From: Clostridia bacterium
Lineage (GTDB): Bacteria; Bacillota; Clostridia; Christensenellales; SZUA-584
Direction of reading: 5' to 3'
Assembly: GCA_003249555.1 (NCBI GenBank)
Contig: QKIQ01000017.1
Coordinates: 5,937-69,936 of the forward strand
DNA: 64,000 bases
In this document: piece by piece, positions 1-9,054 of the stretch
Numbering within the stretch: the first letter of the stretch is position 1
Layout: every line of letters begins with the position of its first letter
Translations under genes and position numbers: made by a program
Notes under the pieces: generated by a model
The model's database searches: none
The model's input: the letters and a program-made list of their open reading frames with translations, nothing else
Told to the model about the DNA's origin: nothing

Positions 1-1259
1 CGTGTCAGCGTGAAACGACGATACTTTGGGACGCAGATACAGGCGAGCCGCTTTACCGAGCCATTGTGTGGCAGTCGCGCCAATCAGCGACGATCTGCGA
101 ACAGCTTAAAAAGATGGGGCTTAACGACTATGTACGCGAGCATACCGGTCTTCCTATTGACGCCTACTTTTCCGGTTCGAAAATCAAGTGGATTGCAGAC
201 AATGTTCCGGGCGTGAAGGAAAAGCTAAACGCAAAAAAGGTGATGTTTGGCAACATTGATTCGTGGTTGATTTACAAGCTTTCGGGCGGCGCTGTTCATG
301 TGGAAGACTATTCCAATGCGTCACGGACGATGCTGCTGGATATTCACACGCTTAAATGGGATAAAAAAATCATACAAGCGCTGCAAATACCGGAGCATAT
401 ACTTCCCGATTTAATGCCCTCAAGCGGTGTGCTTGCCATGACGAGTAAATCGTCGTTCTTCGGTCAGGAGGTGCCCATATCCGGTGACGCAGGAGATCAG
501 CAAGCCGCGACATTTGGGCAGGCCTGCTTCGAGCCCGGCATGGCAAAGAATACATACGGCACAGCGCTTGCGGTCATGATGAATATCGGCGACGCTTTCA
601 AGCCGAGCCACACGGGACTCATGACCGATCTGGCGTGGGTGCTGCCTCAGGGAAGACGCTACGCGTTTGAGGGGCTTGTGTTTATGGGCGGCGCAACGAT
701 ACAGTGGCTGCGTGACGGTTTAAAAATCATAAAGACCTCCTCGGAGGTCAACGAACTCGCTGTGCAGGTGCCCGATACGGGCGGCGTCTACCTTGTTCCT
801 GCGTTTACGGGGCTCGGTGCACCCTATTGGGACATGTACGCAAGAGGCGCGATGGTAGGGCTCACGCGCGGCACCACAGCGGAGCATATTGCAAGAAGCG
901 CACTAGAATCCATCGCCTATCAAACGCGTGATCTTATTGAGTGCATGGAGAAGGATTCCGGGCAAAAAACGATCACGCTGCGTGTGGACGGCGGCGCCAC
1001 GGCCAGCGATTTTCTCATGCAGTTCCAGTCGGATATACTCGGCATACCGCTGCAAAAGCCGTCTATTACTGAAATGACCGCTCTTGGGGCTTCGTATCTC
1101 GCAGGGCTGGGTGTTGGATTCTGGAAGGATGAAAAGGAGATTGCGGCGCAATGGAAAGTGGCGCGTGTATTTGAACCGCGAATGGGAGAAGATCAGAGGG
1201 AATCGCTGTATGCGGGATGGAAAAAAGCGGTCAGTCGGTCTTTTGAATGGGCAAAATAA
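1..1259 (+). CDS. glpK: Glycerol kinase, C-terminal ~418 aa (5' end outside window)
   Basis: Frame 3 is open from the window edge. Translation QRETTILWDADTGEPLYRAIVWQSRQSA...YFSGSKIKWI...GDQQAA...VDGGA fits FGGY-family glycerol kinase. The ATG at 66 is internal. Confidence 0.9.
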   Translation, partial: CQRETTILWDADTGEPLYRAIVWQSRQSATICEQLKKMGLNDYVREHTGLPIDAYFSGSKIKWIADNVPGVKEKLNAKKVMFGNIDSWLIYKLSGGAVHVEDYSNASRTMLLDIHTLKWDKKIIQALQIPEHILPDLMPSSGVLAMTSKSSFFGQEVPISGDAGDQQAATFGQACFEPGMAKNTYGTALAVMMNIGDAFKPSHTGLMTDLAWVLPQGRRYAFEGLVFMGGATIQWLRDGLKIIKTSSEVNELAVQVPDTGGVYLVPAFTGLGAPYWDMYARGAMVGLTRGTTAEHIARSALESIAYQTRDLIECMEKDSGQKTITLRVDGGATASDFLMQFQSDILGIPLQKPSITEMTALGASYLAGLGVGFWKDEKEIAAQWKVARVFEPRMGEDQRESLYAGWKKAVSRSFEWAK

Positions 1260-1349
1260 TGATAATTGATTTACGGTGTCATAGTTTATTGCACAAAAAA
1301 AGAATGTATTATACAAAATGCTTTTAATAAGGAAGTGAATCTTTTGAGT

Positions 1350-2396
1350 ATGAGGAGAAAACGGAGTATTATCGTTGCTATTACCGTTATCTTGACCTTC
1401 GGCATCATAGCAAGTATCCTGTTATTGTATCCAGCTGAAAGCACTGTAAAAGCAACTGATTATTCATTGCCTGATAACTGGCTATCATTGCCTGATAATG
1501 CCGAATATAATATCGATGTTTTTTATCTGTATCCAACGACATATCACCGGATCTCGCCGGACGACGAGGTCATATGCGGGATTGACAACACCCTTATGCG
1601 AACCAATGCGCTTTCAGCCTATAATCGTGAAGCAACCGCGTTTGAAACAGTTGGCAATATCTATGCACCGTATTACAGACAGCCGGACGCAATAACCAGT
1701 CTGTCGCTTTCGGAGGAAGAAAAGGATGAACTGCTTAGCGGTGTTACCAAAGAAGACGTTTTCGCTGCGTTTGACTATTATATTGAGCATTATAACAATG
1801 AGCGCCCGTTCATCCTTGCAGGGCATTCACTGGGTTCCAATATGCTTCTTTATTTGCTCTCAGAGTATATGAAAGAGCATCCTGACGTCTATGCGCGAAT
1901 GGTTGCATCTTATGTGATCGGTTACTCAGTCACGGACGATTATCTTGCTGAAAATCCGCATCTAAAGTTTGCAGAGGGAGCTGACGATACGGGCGTTGTT
2001 ATCTCTTATAACACACAGTCTCCGATGGTTAAGGGCTCAAATCCCGTCATTTTGGACGGCGCACTTGTCATCAACCCCATTACATGGACCAGGGATGGCA
2101 CAACAGCCGGAGCGGATATGAATCTGGGTTCTATTATTCTCAATACAGACGGCTCGGTGGTTCTTGACGAAAAAGGTGAATTTCAGCGATTAATGAACTT
2201 TGCAGACGCAACCATAGATAACGAAATGGGAGCGCTGGTTTGTAGTACTGTGGATGTAGATACCTGGGGGAAGGGAAACGCGGTCTTCCCGGAAGGAGTA
2301 TTTCACGGCTTCGATTATCCGTTTTACTATTACAACATCAGAGAGAACGTCGCCAACAGGATAAGTCAGTTTTTTAATAGCCATAGCAAATATTAA
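1350..2396 (+). CDS. Membrane-anchored or secreted alpha/beta hydrolase, DUF3089/lipase-like
   Basis: ATG 1350 follows AAGGAAGTG. N-terminal hydrophobic anchor IIVAITVILTFGIIASILLL, DVFYLYPTTY and nucleophile elbow GHSLGS. The ORF-track start at 1266 has no RBS. Confidence 0.6.
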   Translation: MRRKRSIIVAITVILTFGIIASILLLYPAESTVKATDYSLPDNWLSLPDNAEYNIDVFYLYPTTYHRISPDDEVICGIDNTLMRTNALSAYNREATAFETVGNIYAPYYRQPDAITSLSLSEEEKDELLSGVTKEDVFAAFDYYIEHYNNERPFILAGHSLGSNMLLYLLSEYMKEHPDVYARMVASYVIGYSVTDDYLAENPHLKFAEGADDTGVVISYNTQSPMVKGSNPVILDGALVINPITWTRDGTTAGADMNLGSIILNTDGSVVLDEKGEFQRLMNFADATIDNEMGALVCSTVDVDTWGKGNAVFPEGVFHGFDYPFYYYNIRENVANRISQFFNSHSKY

Positions 2397-2423
2397 ATTT
2401 AACAGCTTCGGTTGACAGTTAAG

Positions 2424-2465
2424 GAAACGGTATTTACCAAATGGTAATTCACCGTTTCTTTGTTA
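2424..2465 (+). terminator. Rho-independent terminator after the hydrolase gene
   Basis: GAAACGGT / ACCGTTTC stem (2424-2431 / 2451-2458) followed by TTTGTT. Confidence 0.6.
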
Positions 2466-2531
2466 AAACCTAATTTGCAAATTTTTTAATAACCATACAT
2501 GTTCAAATTCACTTTCACATATACATGAATC

Positions 2532-3518
2532 ATGGAACGAAAGATAGCATGGAGCGAAGCGTTGAAAAAGTATCTCCCGAAGAACATTTTTTCGGCGCTT
2601 GCAGCTATAGATGAACATATCGCACTGGCAGTAGAAGAAATACGTTTAAGAACCATGCGGCCCCTTATGGTATATACGTGCGAGAAGGGGTACTGCGTCT
2701 GTGCTGACGGCGGCCTTTCGGATTCGAACGGCCTTTTTGTGTCTGGTGACGATGTGGAACAAACGTTTCTCGCGCTCACTGGGCAGTCGCCTTACGCCTA
2801 TGAAGACGAGATCCGTCAGGGATTTCTGACACTTTCAAATGGAATTAGGGCAGGGCTGGCAGGCAGCGCGCATATGGCCGGGGGCATTCTGCGTACGTAT
2901 AAAACGGTCAGCAGTATTAATTTTCGCATTCCGTGTGAGGCCAAAGGCATTGCAAAAGACCTGCTCTCGCATATTTCAAAGGAAGGATGCCTACAGAGCA
3001 CTCTCATTATTTCACCGCCAAGGCTTGGAAAAACGACACTCGTTCGCGACATTGCGCGATGTGGGGGAAGCGGTGTCGGGCTTTATCCGTCACGCGTGAC
3101 GGTGGTGGATGAGCGGCAGGAGATAGCAGCCGGTTACTATGGCAAACCGTTGTTCGATGTAGGCCGTGAGACAGATGTGGTATCCGGTTTTCCCAAATCT
3201 ATGGGTGTATTTATGGCGCTGCGGTCTTTGTCTCCCGATGTGATTGTGACGGACGAAATTGGCAGAAGCGATGATCTGGAAGCGCTGAAAGAAGTGGCGA
3301 ACAGCGGCGTGATCATGATCGCCACAGCACACGCACCGGATTATGAAAGCCTGCAAAACAAACTTTTTTTTAAGAAAATTTGCGATGAAAGGGTGTTTGA
3401 CGCGTATGTGGTGCTGTCCGCAGCGCTTGGGCGCATCACGGTGTCCCAAATTCATAACTGCTTGGGGCATGAACGTCTGAATAGTCCTTTTAAGCTAAAA
3501 ATCCCGGAGGTGTTATGA
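2532..3518 (+). CDS. spoIIIAA: Stage III sporulation protein AA (AAA+ ATPase of the feeding-tube channel)
   Basis: Walker A PPRLGKTT, EEIRLR..RPL N-terminal motif, and first gene of an eight-gene spoIIIA-ordered cluster. Confidence 0.9.
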   Translation: MERKIAWSEALKKYLPKNIFSALAAIDEHIALAVEEIRLRTMRPLMVYTCEKGYCVCADGGLSDSNGLFVSGDDVEQTFLALTGQSPYAYEDEIRQGFLTLSNGIRAGLAGSAHMAGGILRTYKTVSSINFRIPCEAKGIAKDLLSHISKEGCLQSTLIISPPRLGKTTLVRDIARCGGSGVGLYPSRVTVVDERQEIAAGYYGKPLFDVGRETDVVSGFPKSMGVFMALRSLSPDVIVTDEIGRSDDLEALKEVANSGVIMIATAHAPDYESLQNKLFFKKICDERVFDAYVVLSAALGRITVSQIHNCLGHERLNSPFKLKIPEVL

Positions 3519-4024
3519 ACTTTATTCTATGTATCGTGATTGTGATCATCAGTACGGCAATGGGCCGTCTCCTTGCAGGGAGAATGATGGATCGGCTTAA
3601 CTTTATCCGTGGTTTTCAGATGGTCTTTACGCATTTGTCGGATAAAATGATTGGTTTAAATCTCGAGTTATATAAAGCACTGCTTTCTTGCCGAAGCGGC
3701 CGCGTAACGCCTGTATTTGAAGAATGCGCTTCCGAACTGAAAACGATGCCGCAAGCATCATTCACGGATATATGGGCAAGAAGCTTCCTGCGCTCAAAAG
3801 CGGAATTTAGCTATATGACGAAAGAAGATATTCAAATTGTTCTTGAAGGGGGAGACGCCATAGAAGCACTTTGCAAAAACCCAAGCGAGAAACAAGCGAG
3901 TCTATATCTCAAAAGGCTGAATGAATACATGACCACGTTGGAAACCGAAAAAATCAAGAAGTGCAAGCTTTACAACACAACCGGTGTGCTTGCAGGGCTG
4001 ATGATTGCGCTGTTGGTGATATAA
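3515..4024 (+). CDS. spoIIIAB: Stage III sporulation protein AB
   Basis: ATGA overlap with spoIIIAA. N- and C-terminal TM segments flank a soluble domain. Size (169 aa) and position fit SpoIIIAB. Confidence 0.8.
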   Translation: MNFILCIVIVIISTAMGRLLAGRMMDRLNFIRGFQMVFTHLSDKMIGLNLELYKALLSCRSGRVTPVFEECASELKTMPQASFTDIWARSFLRSKAEFSYMTKEDIQIVLEGGDAIEALCKNPSEKQASLYLKRLNEYMTTLETEKIKKCKLYNTTGVLAGLMIALLVI

Positions 4025-4039
4025 AAGGAGGAGTGGAAT

Positions 4040-4237
4040 TTGGATATCGATCTCATATTCAGAATAGCCGCAATCGGTATATTGATCGCTGTGTTGAATC
4101 AGCTGCTCAAAAAAGCAGAACGCGAGGAAATTGCTACAATGGTCACCATTGCGGGGCTAATCATTGTGCTGCTCATGGTGGTCGATCTTGTGAGCAATCT
4201 GTTTGAAAGCGTCAAACGCATATTTAATCTGTATTAG
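4040..4237 (+). CDS. spoIIIAC: Stage III sporulation protein AC
   Basis: 65-aa two-TM protein (IFRIAAIGILIAVLNQLLKKAEREE...). TTG start 8 nt after GGAGG. Position within the operon. Confidence 0.85.
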   Translation: MDIDLIFRIAAIGILIAVLNQLLKKAEREEIATMVTIAGLIIVLLMVVDLVSNLFESVKRIFNLY

Positions 4238-4239
4238 CT

Positions 4240-4626
4240 ATGGAAATTGTACGAATTGCGCTGATTGGTATTGTGGCTGGTGTGCTTGTCATCACCATCA
4301 AGCAAAAACAGCCTGAGATTGCATTGCAGGTGAGCATTATTGCGGGGCTTATCATATTTATCTACGTGCTTGATTATATTGTGATTGCCATCGACTACGT
4401 TAAAGATATTATCAATAAATTCAACATACCTTATGAGAGCATCGCGGTGGTTATGAAAATCATCGGCATCGCATATATATGCGAGTTTGCCGTACAGGTA
4501 TTAAAGGATACAGGAGAAAACTCCCTTGCCAACAAGGTTGAGATTGCAGGACGCGTGTTTATCGTGGTGCTGTCTCTTCCGGTGCTGAGTTCTTTTATGA
4601 GCATGGTGCTCGGGATGCTGGAATAA
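4240..4626 (+). CDS. spoIIIAD: Stage III sporulation protein AD
   Basis: 128-aa polytopic membrane protein in the SpoIIIAD position (IGIAYICEFAVQVLKDTGE motif region). Confidence 0.85.
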   Translation: MEIVRIALIGIVAGVLVITIKQKQPEIALQVSIIAGLIIFIYVLDYIVIAIDYVKDIINKFNIPYESIAVVMKIIGIAYICEFAVQVLKDTGENSLANKVEIAGRVFIVVLSLPVLSSFMSMVLGMLE

Positions 4627-4629
4627 TTT

Positions 4630-5823
4630 ATGAGAAATGTATGTATAGTATTAGCTATTTTTATATGTTTTATGCTGGCGCCGAAAACAGCGCTGGCGAT
4701 AGACGATGTGGAAAAGGCCATTGAAGAAGAAATGTCGGATAATATCGAACGTGCGCTAAGCACCGCCGACCTTCATGAGATCGAGTCATACTACAATGAA
4801 TATGCCATGGAACTCAAAGCTATCACAGGGAGTGCGGATTTAAGAAGCTTTCTCACAATGCTCGTGGAAGGCGGGGCGGGGCTGGATTTTAACTGTGTTT
4901 TTTCAATGGTGATTGATTCGCTATTTACCGGTGTGAATAAAAGCCTGCCCGTTATCGTACAGATCATTGTGGTGGCTCTAGTGTTTTCTGTAATTACTCA
5001 TTTCAAGCCGTCTTTTGGCTCATCAGGCGTATCCAAGGCAGCGCAGACAGCGCAGTACGTGATTATCGGCACAATGACAATCGGCATTCTTGTATCTGCT
5101 TTTTCCATAGGAACCCAGACAATTACAAAGATGACAGCGTTTACAGCAGACTTCTTTCCTCTACTCATCACACTTCTGACTGCTTTAGGGGGAATCACTT
5201 CGTCAGCCATACTCAGTCCGGCGACAGTTTTTCTCACCACGGGTGTTTCCATATTTTATAAAAGTTTTATATTGCCATTCATCATTGTACTGACTGTGTT
5301 TACTATCATCAACCATTTCTCATCGTCTGTCAAACTTAACGGATTCTGTGCACTCATAAAAAGCGTTATCAAATGGGGCATCGGCATCAGCTTTACGATT
5401 TTTTTGGGCATTATCGCTATTCAGGGTTTGCTGGGTTCCACATTTGACGGACTGTCCATTAAAACAGCCAAATACACAATTGACAAGTTTGTACCGATTA
5501 TTGGCGGCATGTTTTCTGATTCAGTGGACGTGCTTATATCATGTTCACTGCTCATTAAGAATGCCGTGGGAATTGCAGGCATAATTATCATTGTTGGTGT
5601 GGTGATGACGCCCGTATTTGCGATATTGGCTCACTATTTTCTGTTTAAGCTGGCAGGAGCGGTGCTGGAACCAGTGGCAGGCAGCAATATGGGTCAGTTT
5701 GCACAGGATGCGGCAGATGTTCTGCTGCTTCTTTTTGCAGCCGTTATGGCTGCGGCAATTATGTTTTTTATCACCACTGCGGTGATTATCGGCGCGGGTA
5801 ATGCGAATGTCATGCTGAGGTGA
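4630..5823 (+). CDS. spoIIIAE: Stage III sporulation protein AE
   Basis: 397 aa with a signal peptide and multiple TM helices. Size, topology and position fit SpoIIIAE. Confidence 0.9.
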   Translation: MRNVCIVLAIFICFMLAPKTALAIDDVEKAIEEEMSDNIERALSTADLHEIESYYNEYAMELKAITGSADLRSFLTMLVEGGAGLDFNCVFSMVIDSLFTGVNKSLPVIVQIIVVALVFSVITHFKPSFGSSGVSKAAQTAQYVIIGTMTIGILVSAFSIGTQTITKMTAFTADFFPLLITLLTALGGITSSAILSPATVFLTTGVSIFYKSFILPFIIVLTVFTIINHFSSSVKLNGFCALIKSVIKWGIGISFTIFLGIIAIQGLLGSTFDGLSIKTAKYTIDKFVPIIGGMFSDSVDVLISCSLLIKNAVGIAGIIIIVGVVMTPVFAILAHYFLFKLAGAVLEPVAGSNMGQFAQDAADVLLLLFAAVMAAAIMFFITTAVIIGAGNANVMLR

Positions 5824-5826
5824 GGG

Positions 5827-6141
5827 ATGCAAAGTTTTTTAACTTCATGGGCTGTGTCAGTCACAATAGCCATAATGTTCAGCGCCATTGTTGGCATGCT
5901 GCTTCCTGATAGCGGAATAAAAAAATACGTATCCGTTGTGATGGGGATAGTGGTAACCATTGTCATACTCGCGCCCGTAGTGACGCTTTTCAGCGGCGAA
6001 GATGTTCAATGTGAGTTAAACAATGCGTTGAACGAAGCAGACAGCGGTAAAGTCTTTAAATATGACGGCGCACAGTATAAAGAATATATTTACGAACTCT
6101 ATGAGGTATATATGGGCGATGATGAAAATAAAAATGAGTAA
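5827..6141 (+). CDS. spoIIIAF: Stage III sporulation protein AF, short form (104 aa)
   Basis: N-terminus MQSFLTSWAVSVTIAIMFSAIVGMLLPDSGIKKYVSVVMGIVVTIVILAPV parallels the two-TM N-terminus of SpoIIIAF. Only about 45 residues follow TM2. Confidence 0.7.
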   Translation: MQSFLTSWAVSVTIAIMFSAIVGMLLPDSGIKKYVSVVMGIVVTIVILAPVVTLFSGEDVQCELNNALNEADSGKVFKYDGAQYKEYIYELYEVYMGDDENKNE

Positions 6142-6160
6142 TGAAAGGAAGTCAGTATAA

Positions 6161-6751
6161 ATGCCACATGTTAATGAGGAAACAAAAGTAAAGAAGCTGG
6201 GAATCATAACGCATTTTGTAAAGCTGGATGCAAAAAAGAAATTGCAGTATCTTGCGATATTGCTCATTGTCATTGTCATACTGGCAATATATTTTTCATC
6301 ATCCGGCAATCCGGCCAGCCAGGAGCCAATCAGCCAAACCGAGCAGGTTTCTCAAACAGGTGCGAGCAGCATTGAAGAAAAGCTGCAGGAGACGTTGTCA
6401 AAGATTGAGGGAGCAGGCCATGTACAGGTGATGATCACATATGAATCCAGTTCTGAAATTGTACCTGCTATCAGCGTGGACACACAAACCTCCACCACAA
6501 TGGATGAAAGCGAAAATGGCTCCAGCACAATAAAAACGGAAAATACACAAAGTGAAATCGTGACAGTGAACGGCAGCAACGGCAACAACGCGCTGGTGCT
6601 CAAAGAAAACAGTCCGCCTGTCAAAGGTGTGATTGTGGTGGCGGAAGGAGCGGATGATATCGGTGTAAAGCTAAATCTTTTAAGTGCAGTAGAAACAATT
6701 TTAAACGTCAGCCCCGATCAGGTTGATGTATATAAAATGAAAAATGAATAG
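6161..6751 (+). CDS. spoIIIAG: Stage III sporulation protein AG
   Basis: One N-terminal TM segment and a C-terminal VKGVIVVAEGADD...LLSAVETILNVSPDQVDVYKM region typical of SpoIIIAG. RBS AAAGGAAG. Confidence 0.85.
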   Translation: MPHVNEETKVKKLGIITHFVKLDAKKKLQYLAILLIVIVILAIYFSSSGNPASQEPISQTEQVSQTGASSIEEKLQETLSKIEGAGHVQVMITYESSSEIVPAISVDTQTSTTMDESENGSSTIKTENTQSEIVTVNGSNGNNALVLKENSPPVKGVIVVAEGADDIGVKLNLLSAVETILNVSPDQVDVYKMKNE

Positions 6752-6767
6752 GAAGTGAATATGTATA

Positions 6768-7328
6768 ATGAATAAGGGAAGTGGTATAATGAATAAAAAG
6801 ACAGGAAGATACTTATTACTTGCGGGTCTTATCGTATTGCTTGCTGGCGTTGGCTATTTAAACTATGCGCTTGGCAACGGTACCGACACAAACACAGTGG
6901 CAGATGCTGCGGTCTGCGCATCTGCTGGTGCCGAGGTAGAAGGTGCGCTTAGCGCGGACGACCTTGCCGTGATGTCGACAGAGAATTACTTTGATGATTA
7001 TAAGGCCAACAGGGAAAGCGTGAGAGATACGGAGGTCGCCTATCTTGACAGCATCATTACCAACGAGAACAGCGACAAGGAAACGGTTCAGGATGCACAA
7101 AGTCAAAAGATAGAGATTGTACAACAGATGGAAAAAGAGCTCACGATTGAAGGGCTTGTCATGGCAGCAGGTTTTGACGACGCCATTGTGACGGTTCAGC
7201 AAGGTTCTGTCAACGTCGTTATCAAAGCAGAGCAGATTTCCAAGGAAGATGCCGCCAAGGTTCTGGAGATTGTACGCCAGGAAACAGGAGAACCGGCGCA
7301 AAGTATTAAGGTAATCTTGCAGGAATAA
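6768..7328 (+). CDS. spoIIIAH: Stage III sporulation protein AH
   Basis: N-terminal TM segment (YLLLAGLIVLLAGVGYLNY), ENYFDDYKANRES region, and last gene of the cluster. An alternative in-frame ATG lies at 6789. Confidence 0.8.
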   Translation: MNKGSGIMNKKTGRYLLLAGLIVLLAGVGYLNYALGNGTDTNTVADAAVCASAGAEVEGALSADDLAVMSTENYFDDYKANRESVRDTEVAYLDSIITNENSDKETVQDAQSQKIEIVQQMEKELTIEGLVMAAGFDDAIVTVQQGSVNVVIKAEQISKEDAAKVLEIVRQETGEPAQSIKVILQE

Positions 7329-7367
7329 CAATTTTGCAGAAAAGTGTTGAAGTCTTTTTTAATCAGA

Positions 7368-7396
7368 TTGAATTGCGCTGCCCTATCTGTTATAAT
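7368..7396 (+). promoter_or_regulatory. Sigma-A-type promoter for the asp23-amaP-nusB unit
   Basis: TTGAAT, 17 nt, TATAAT, with TGT immediately upstream of the -10 (extended -10). Confidence 0.55.
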
Positions 7397-7424
7397 TTAA
7401 CCATTATTTGAAGAGGTGAGTTTT

Positions 7425-7820
7425 TTGAGCACAAACGATATGAACACGCGCGAAGAACAGAATGGCAGCATTTCATTCGCAAACGATGTAGTCGCAACAA
7501 TTGCGGGGCTCGCGACGATCGAAATTGAAGGCGTAGCCGGTATGAGCGGCGGTTTCTCAGGCGGTCTTGCCGAACTGCTTGGTCTTAAGAATCTGACGAA
7601 GGGCGTCAAGGTGGAGGTCGGTCGGGAGGAGTGCGCTATTGATCTGTTTGTGGTCGTGAATTATGGCGTTGAGATTCCAACAATGTGCGAGAAAATACAA
7701 ACAAATGTAAAAAAAGCTGTTGAAACAATGACCGGCTTACGCGCTGTTGAGATCAACGTTCATATTCAAGGCGTACGTATTGTCAAGGAAACGCCTGACG
7801 ACACCAAACGCGTGCATTAA
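7425..7820 (+). CDS. Asp23/Gls24-family alkaline shock protein
   Basis: ISFANDVVATIAGLATIEIEGVAGM... is typical of Asp23. TTG 7425 lies 6 nt after GAGGTG. The ORF-track GTG 7416 overlaps the RBS, and ATG 7440 is also possible. Confidence 0.85.
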   Translation: MSTNDMNTREEQNGSISFANDVVATIAGLATIEIEGVAGMSGGFSGGLAELLGLKNLTKGVKVEVGREECAIDLFVVVNYGVEIPTMCEKIQTNVKKAVETMTGLRAVEINVHIQGVRIVKETPDDTKRVH

Positions 7821-7842
7821 AATTCGGGGGATACAGAAGATA

Positions 7843-8388
7843 ATGCGAATTATTATGAGAGCATTGTTAACACTCTACATTTTGCTGGTTCTTTTTGTTG
7901 TGGGTGTCACACTGGGTTGCGCATGGGGACTTATTGATGCCGCACACCCGCAGTATTGGCTGTCTTTGTTGTATGGTGATATAACAGTTATTTGGATTGT
8001 ATCGATCATATGCATCGCTTTGGCCATATTAAGCCTTTCGCTGATGTTTTCCGGTATTCGCAAACGCAAGCCAAAGTCAGCCAGAGTATTAACTTCGGAG
8101 GGCGGCGCCATATTTGTTACTCTAAACGCGCTTGAAGAAATGGCCACAAGGCATATTTCCGAGAGCAGCGCGGTAAGAAGTGTGAATGTGCGTGTGTCAG
8201 TTAAGGAGAGAAAAGTCAATATTTCCGCAAAAATGATGGTTGTGGAAGGCACCTGCATTCCCGATGTACTTAAAGGCCTTCAAACAAGCTTAAAAGCGCA
8301 TATCGAAACGCTTTGCGGTATAGAGGTCGGTAAAATCATACTGCTCGTCGACAAGACGGCGCAGGTTGTAAAGGCGCGTGTGGAATAG
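7843..8388 (+). CDS. amaP: Alkaline shock response membrane anchor protein AmaP-like
   Basis: Two N-terminal TM helices plus an Asp23-like soluble domain. Sits in the canonical asp23/amaP/DUF2273 grouping. ATG 7843 was chosen because the ORF-track start 7747 overlaps asp23. Confidence 0.7.
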   Translation: MRIIMRALLTLYILLVLFVVGVTLGCAWGLIDAAHPQYWLSLLYGDITVIWIVSIICIALAILSLSLMFSGIRKRKPKSARVLTSEGGAIFVTLNALEEMATRHISESSAVRSVNVRVSVKERKVNISAKMMVVEGTCIPDVLKGLQTSLKAHIETLCGIEVGKIILLVDKTAQVVKARVE

Positions 8389-8615
8389 TGCAGGATTCAA
8401 ACGTTTTCTTTGAGTTCATAAAGGCGCATCGGGGTCTGATCATCGGTATCGGCATGGGGTTGCTTGTGGGCGTACTGATGCTGACCATCGGTTTTTTTAG
8501 AACGTTATTTTTAGCGATATGCGTCGGCATCGGCGCATTTTTCGGCACGAGAAATAAATTTAGGTCAAAACTTTTTGAAATATTGGACAAGATATTACCA
8601 GACATTTTTAGATAG
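8388..8615 (+). CDS. DUF2273-like small integral membrane protein
   Basis: 75 aa with two Gly-rich TM helices (GLIIGIGMGLLVGVLMLTIGFF...). GTG overlaps the amaP stop by 1 nt. Confidence 0.65.
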   Translation: MQDSNVFFEFIKAHRGLIIGIGMGLLVGVLMLTIGFFRTLFLAICVGIGAFFGTRNKFRSKLFEILDKILPDIFR

Positions 8616-8628
8616 ACGGAGGAATGGT

Positions 8629-9054
8629 TTGAGCAGAAGATCGGCGAGAGACACCACATTTCGGTTGTTTTATGAATATTCGATTAATGGTGAGTTCAAT
8701 CCCGCTACGATGGACGTCATGCGGGATTGTTTTGATAAGGGTATGAATGATAATGCCTGGACCTATGTACATAGACTAATCGATATTTTTATAACGCATC
8801 AACATACTGTGGACGATACCATACAATCGAACTCGAAAAAATGGAATATTACGCATATGGCAAAGGTAGAGCTATCCATATTGAGAATCGGCGTTTGTGA
8901 GATAAAATACTGCGAGGAAATACACGAAAGTATTACTGTCAATGAATGCGTGGAGCTTGCAAAAAAATATGCGTCCGACAAGTCTTCACGCTTCATCAAC
9001 GGGGTGCTGGCTGCCGTTATTGGAGCAGTAGATACTTCAAATGAATCGGTCTGA
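8629..9054 (+). CDS. nusB: Transcription antitermination factor NusB
   Basis: LSRRSARDTTFRLFYEY... and the NusB-like C-terminus FINGVLAAV. TTG 8629 lies 6 nt after GGAGG. The ORF-track extension to 8575 overlaps the previous gene. Confidence 0.9.
   Translation: MSRRSARDTTFRLFYEYSINGEFNPATMDVMRDCFDKGMNDNAWTYVHRLIDIFITHQHTVDDTIQSNSKKWNITHMAKVELSILRIGVCEIKYCEEIHESITVNECVELAKKYASDKSSRFINGVLAAVIGAVDTSNESV

Noticed and set aside
2466-2531. Possible sigma-E promoter for spoIIIA (CATACAT at 2494-2500)
   Set aside because: The -10-like box lacks a credible -35 (consensus kmATATT) at 16-18 nt. AT-rich sequence makes chance matches likely.
7747-7842. N-terminal extensions offered by the ORF track (7747, 8575, 11985, 13322, 30310, 35951, 37790, 55404, 56453, 1266, 16487)
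   Set aside because: Each extension overlaps the preceding gene and lacks an RBS. In every case an internal start with a good Shine-Dalgarno and family-typical N-terminus exists.
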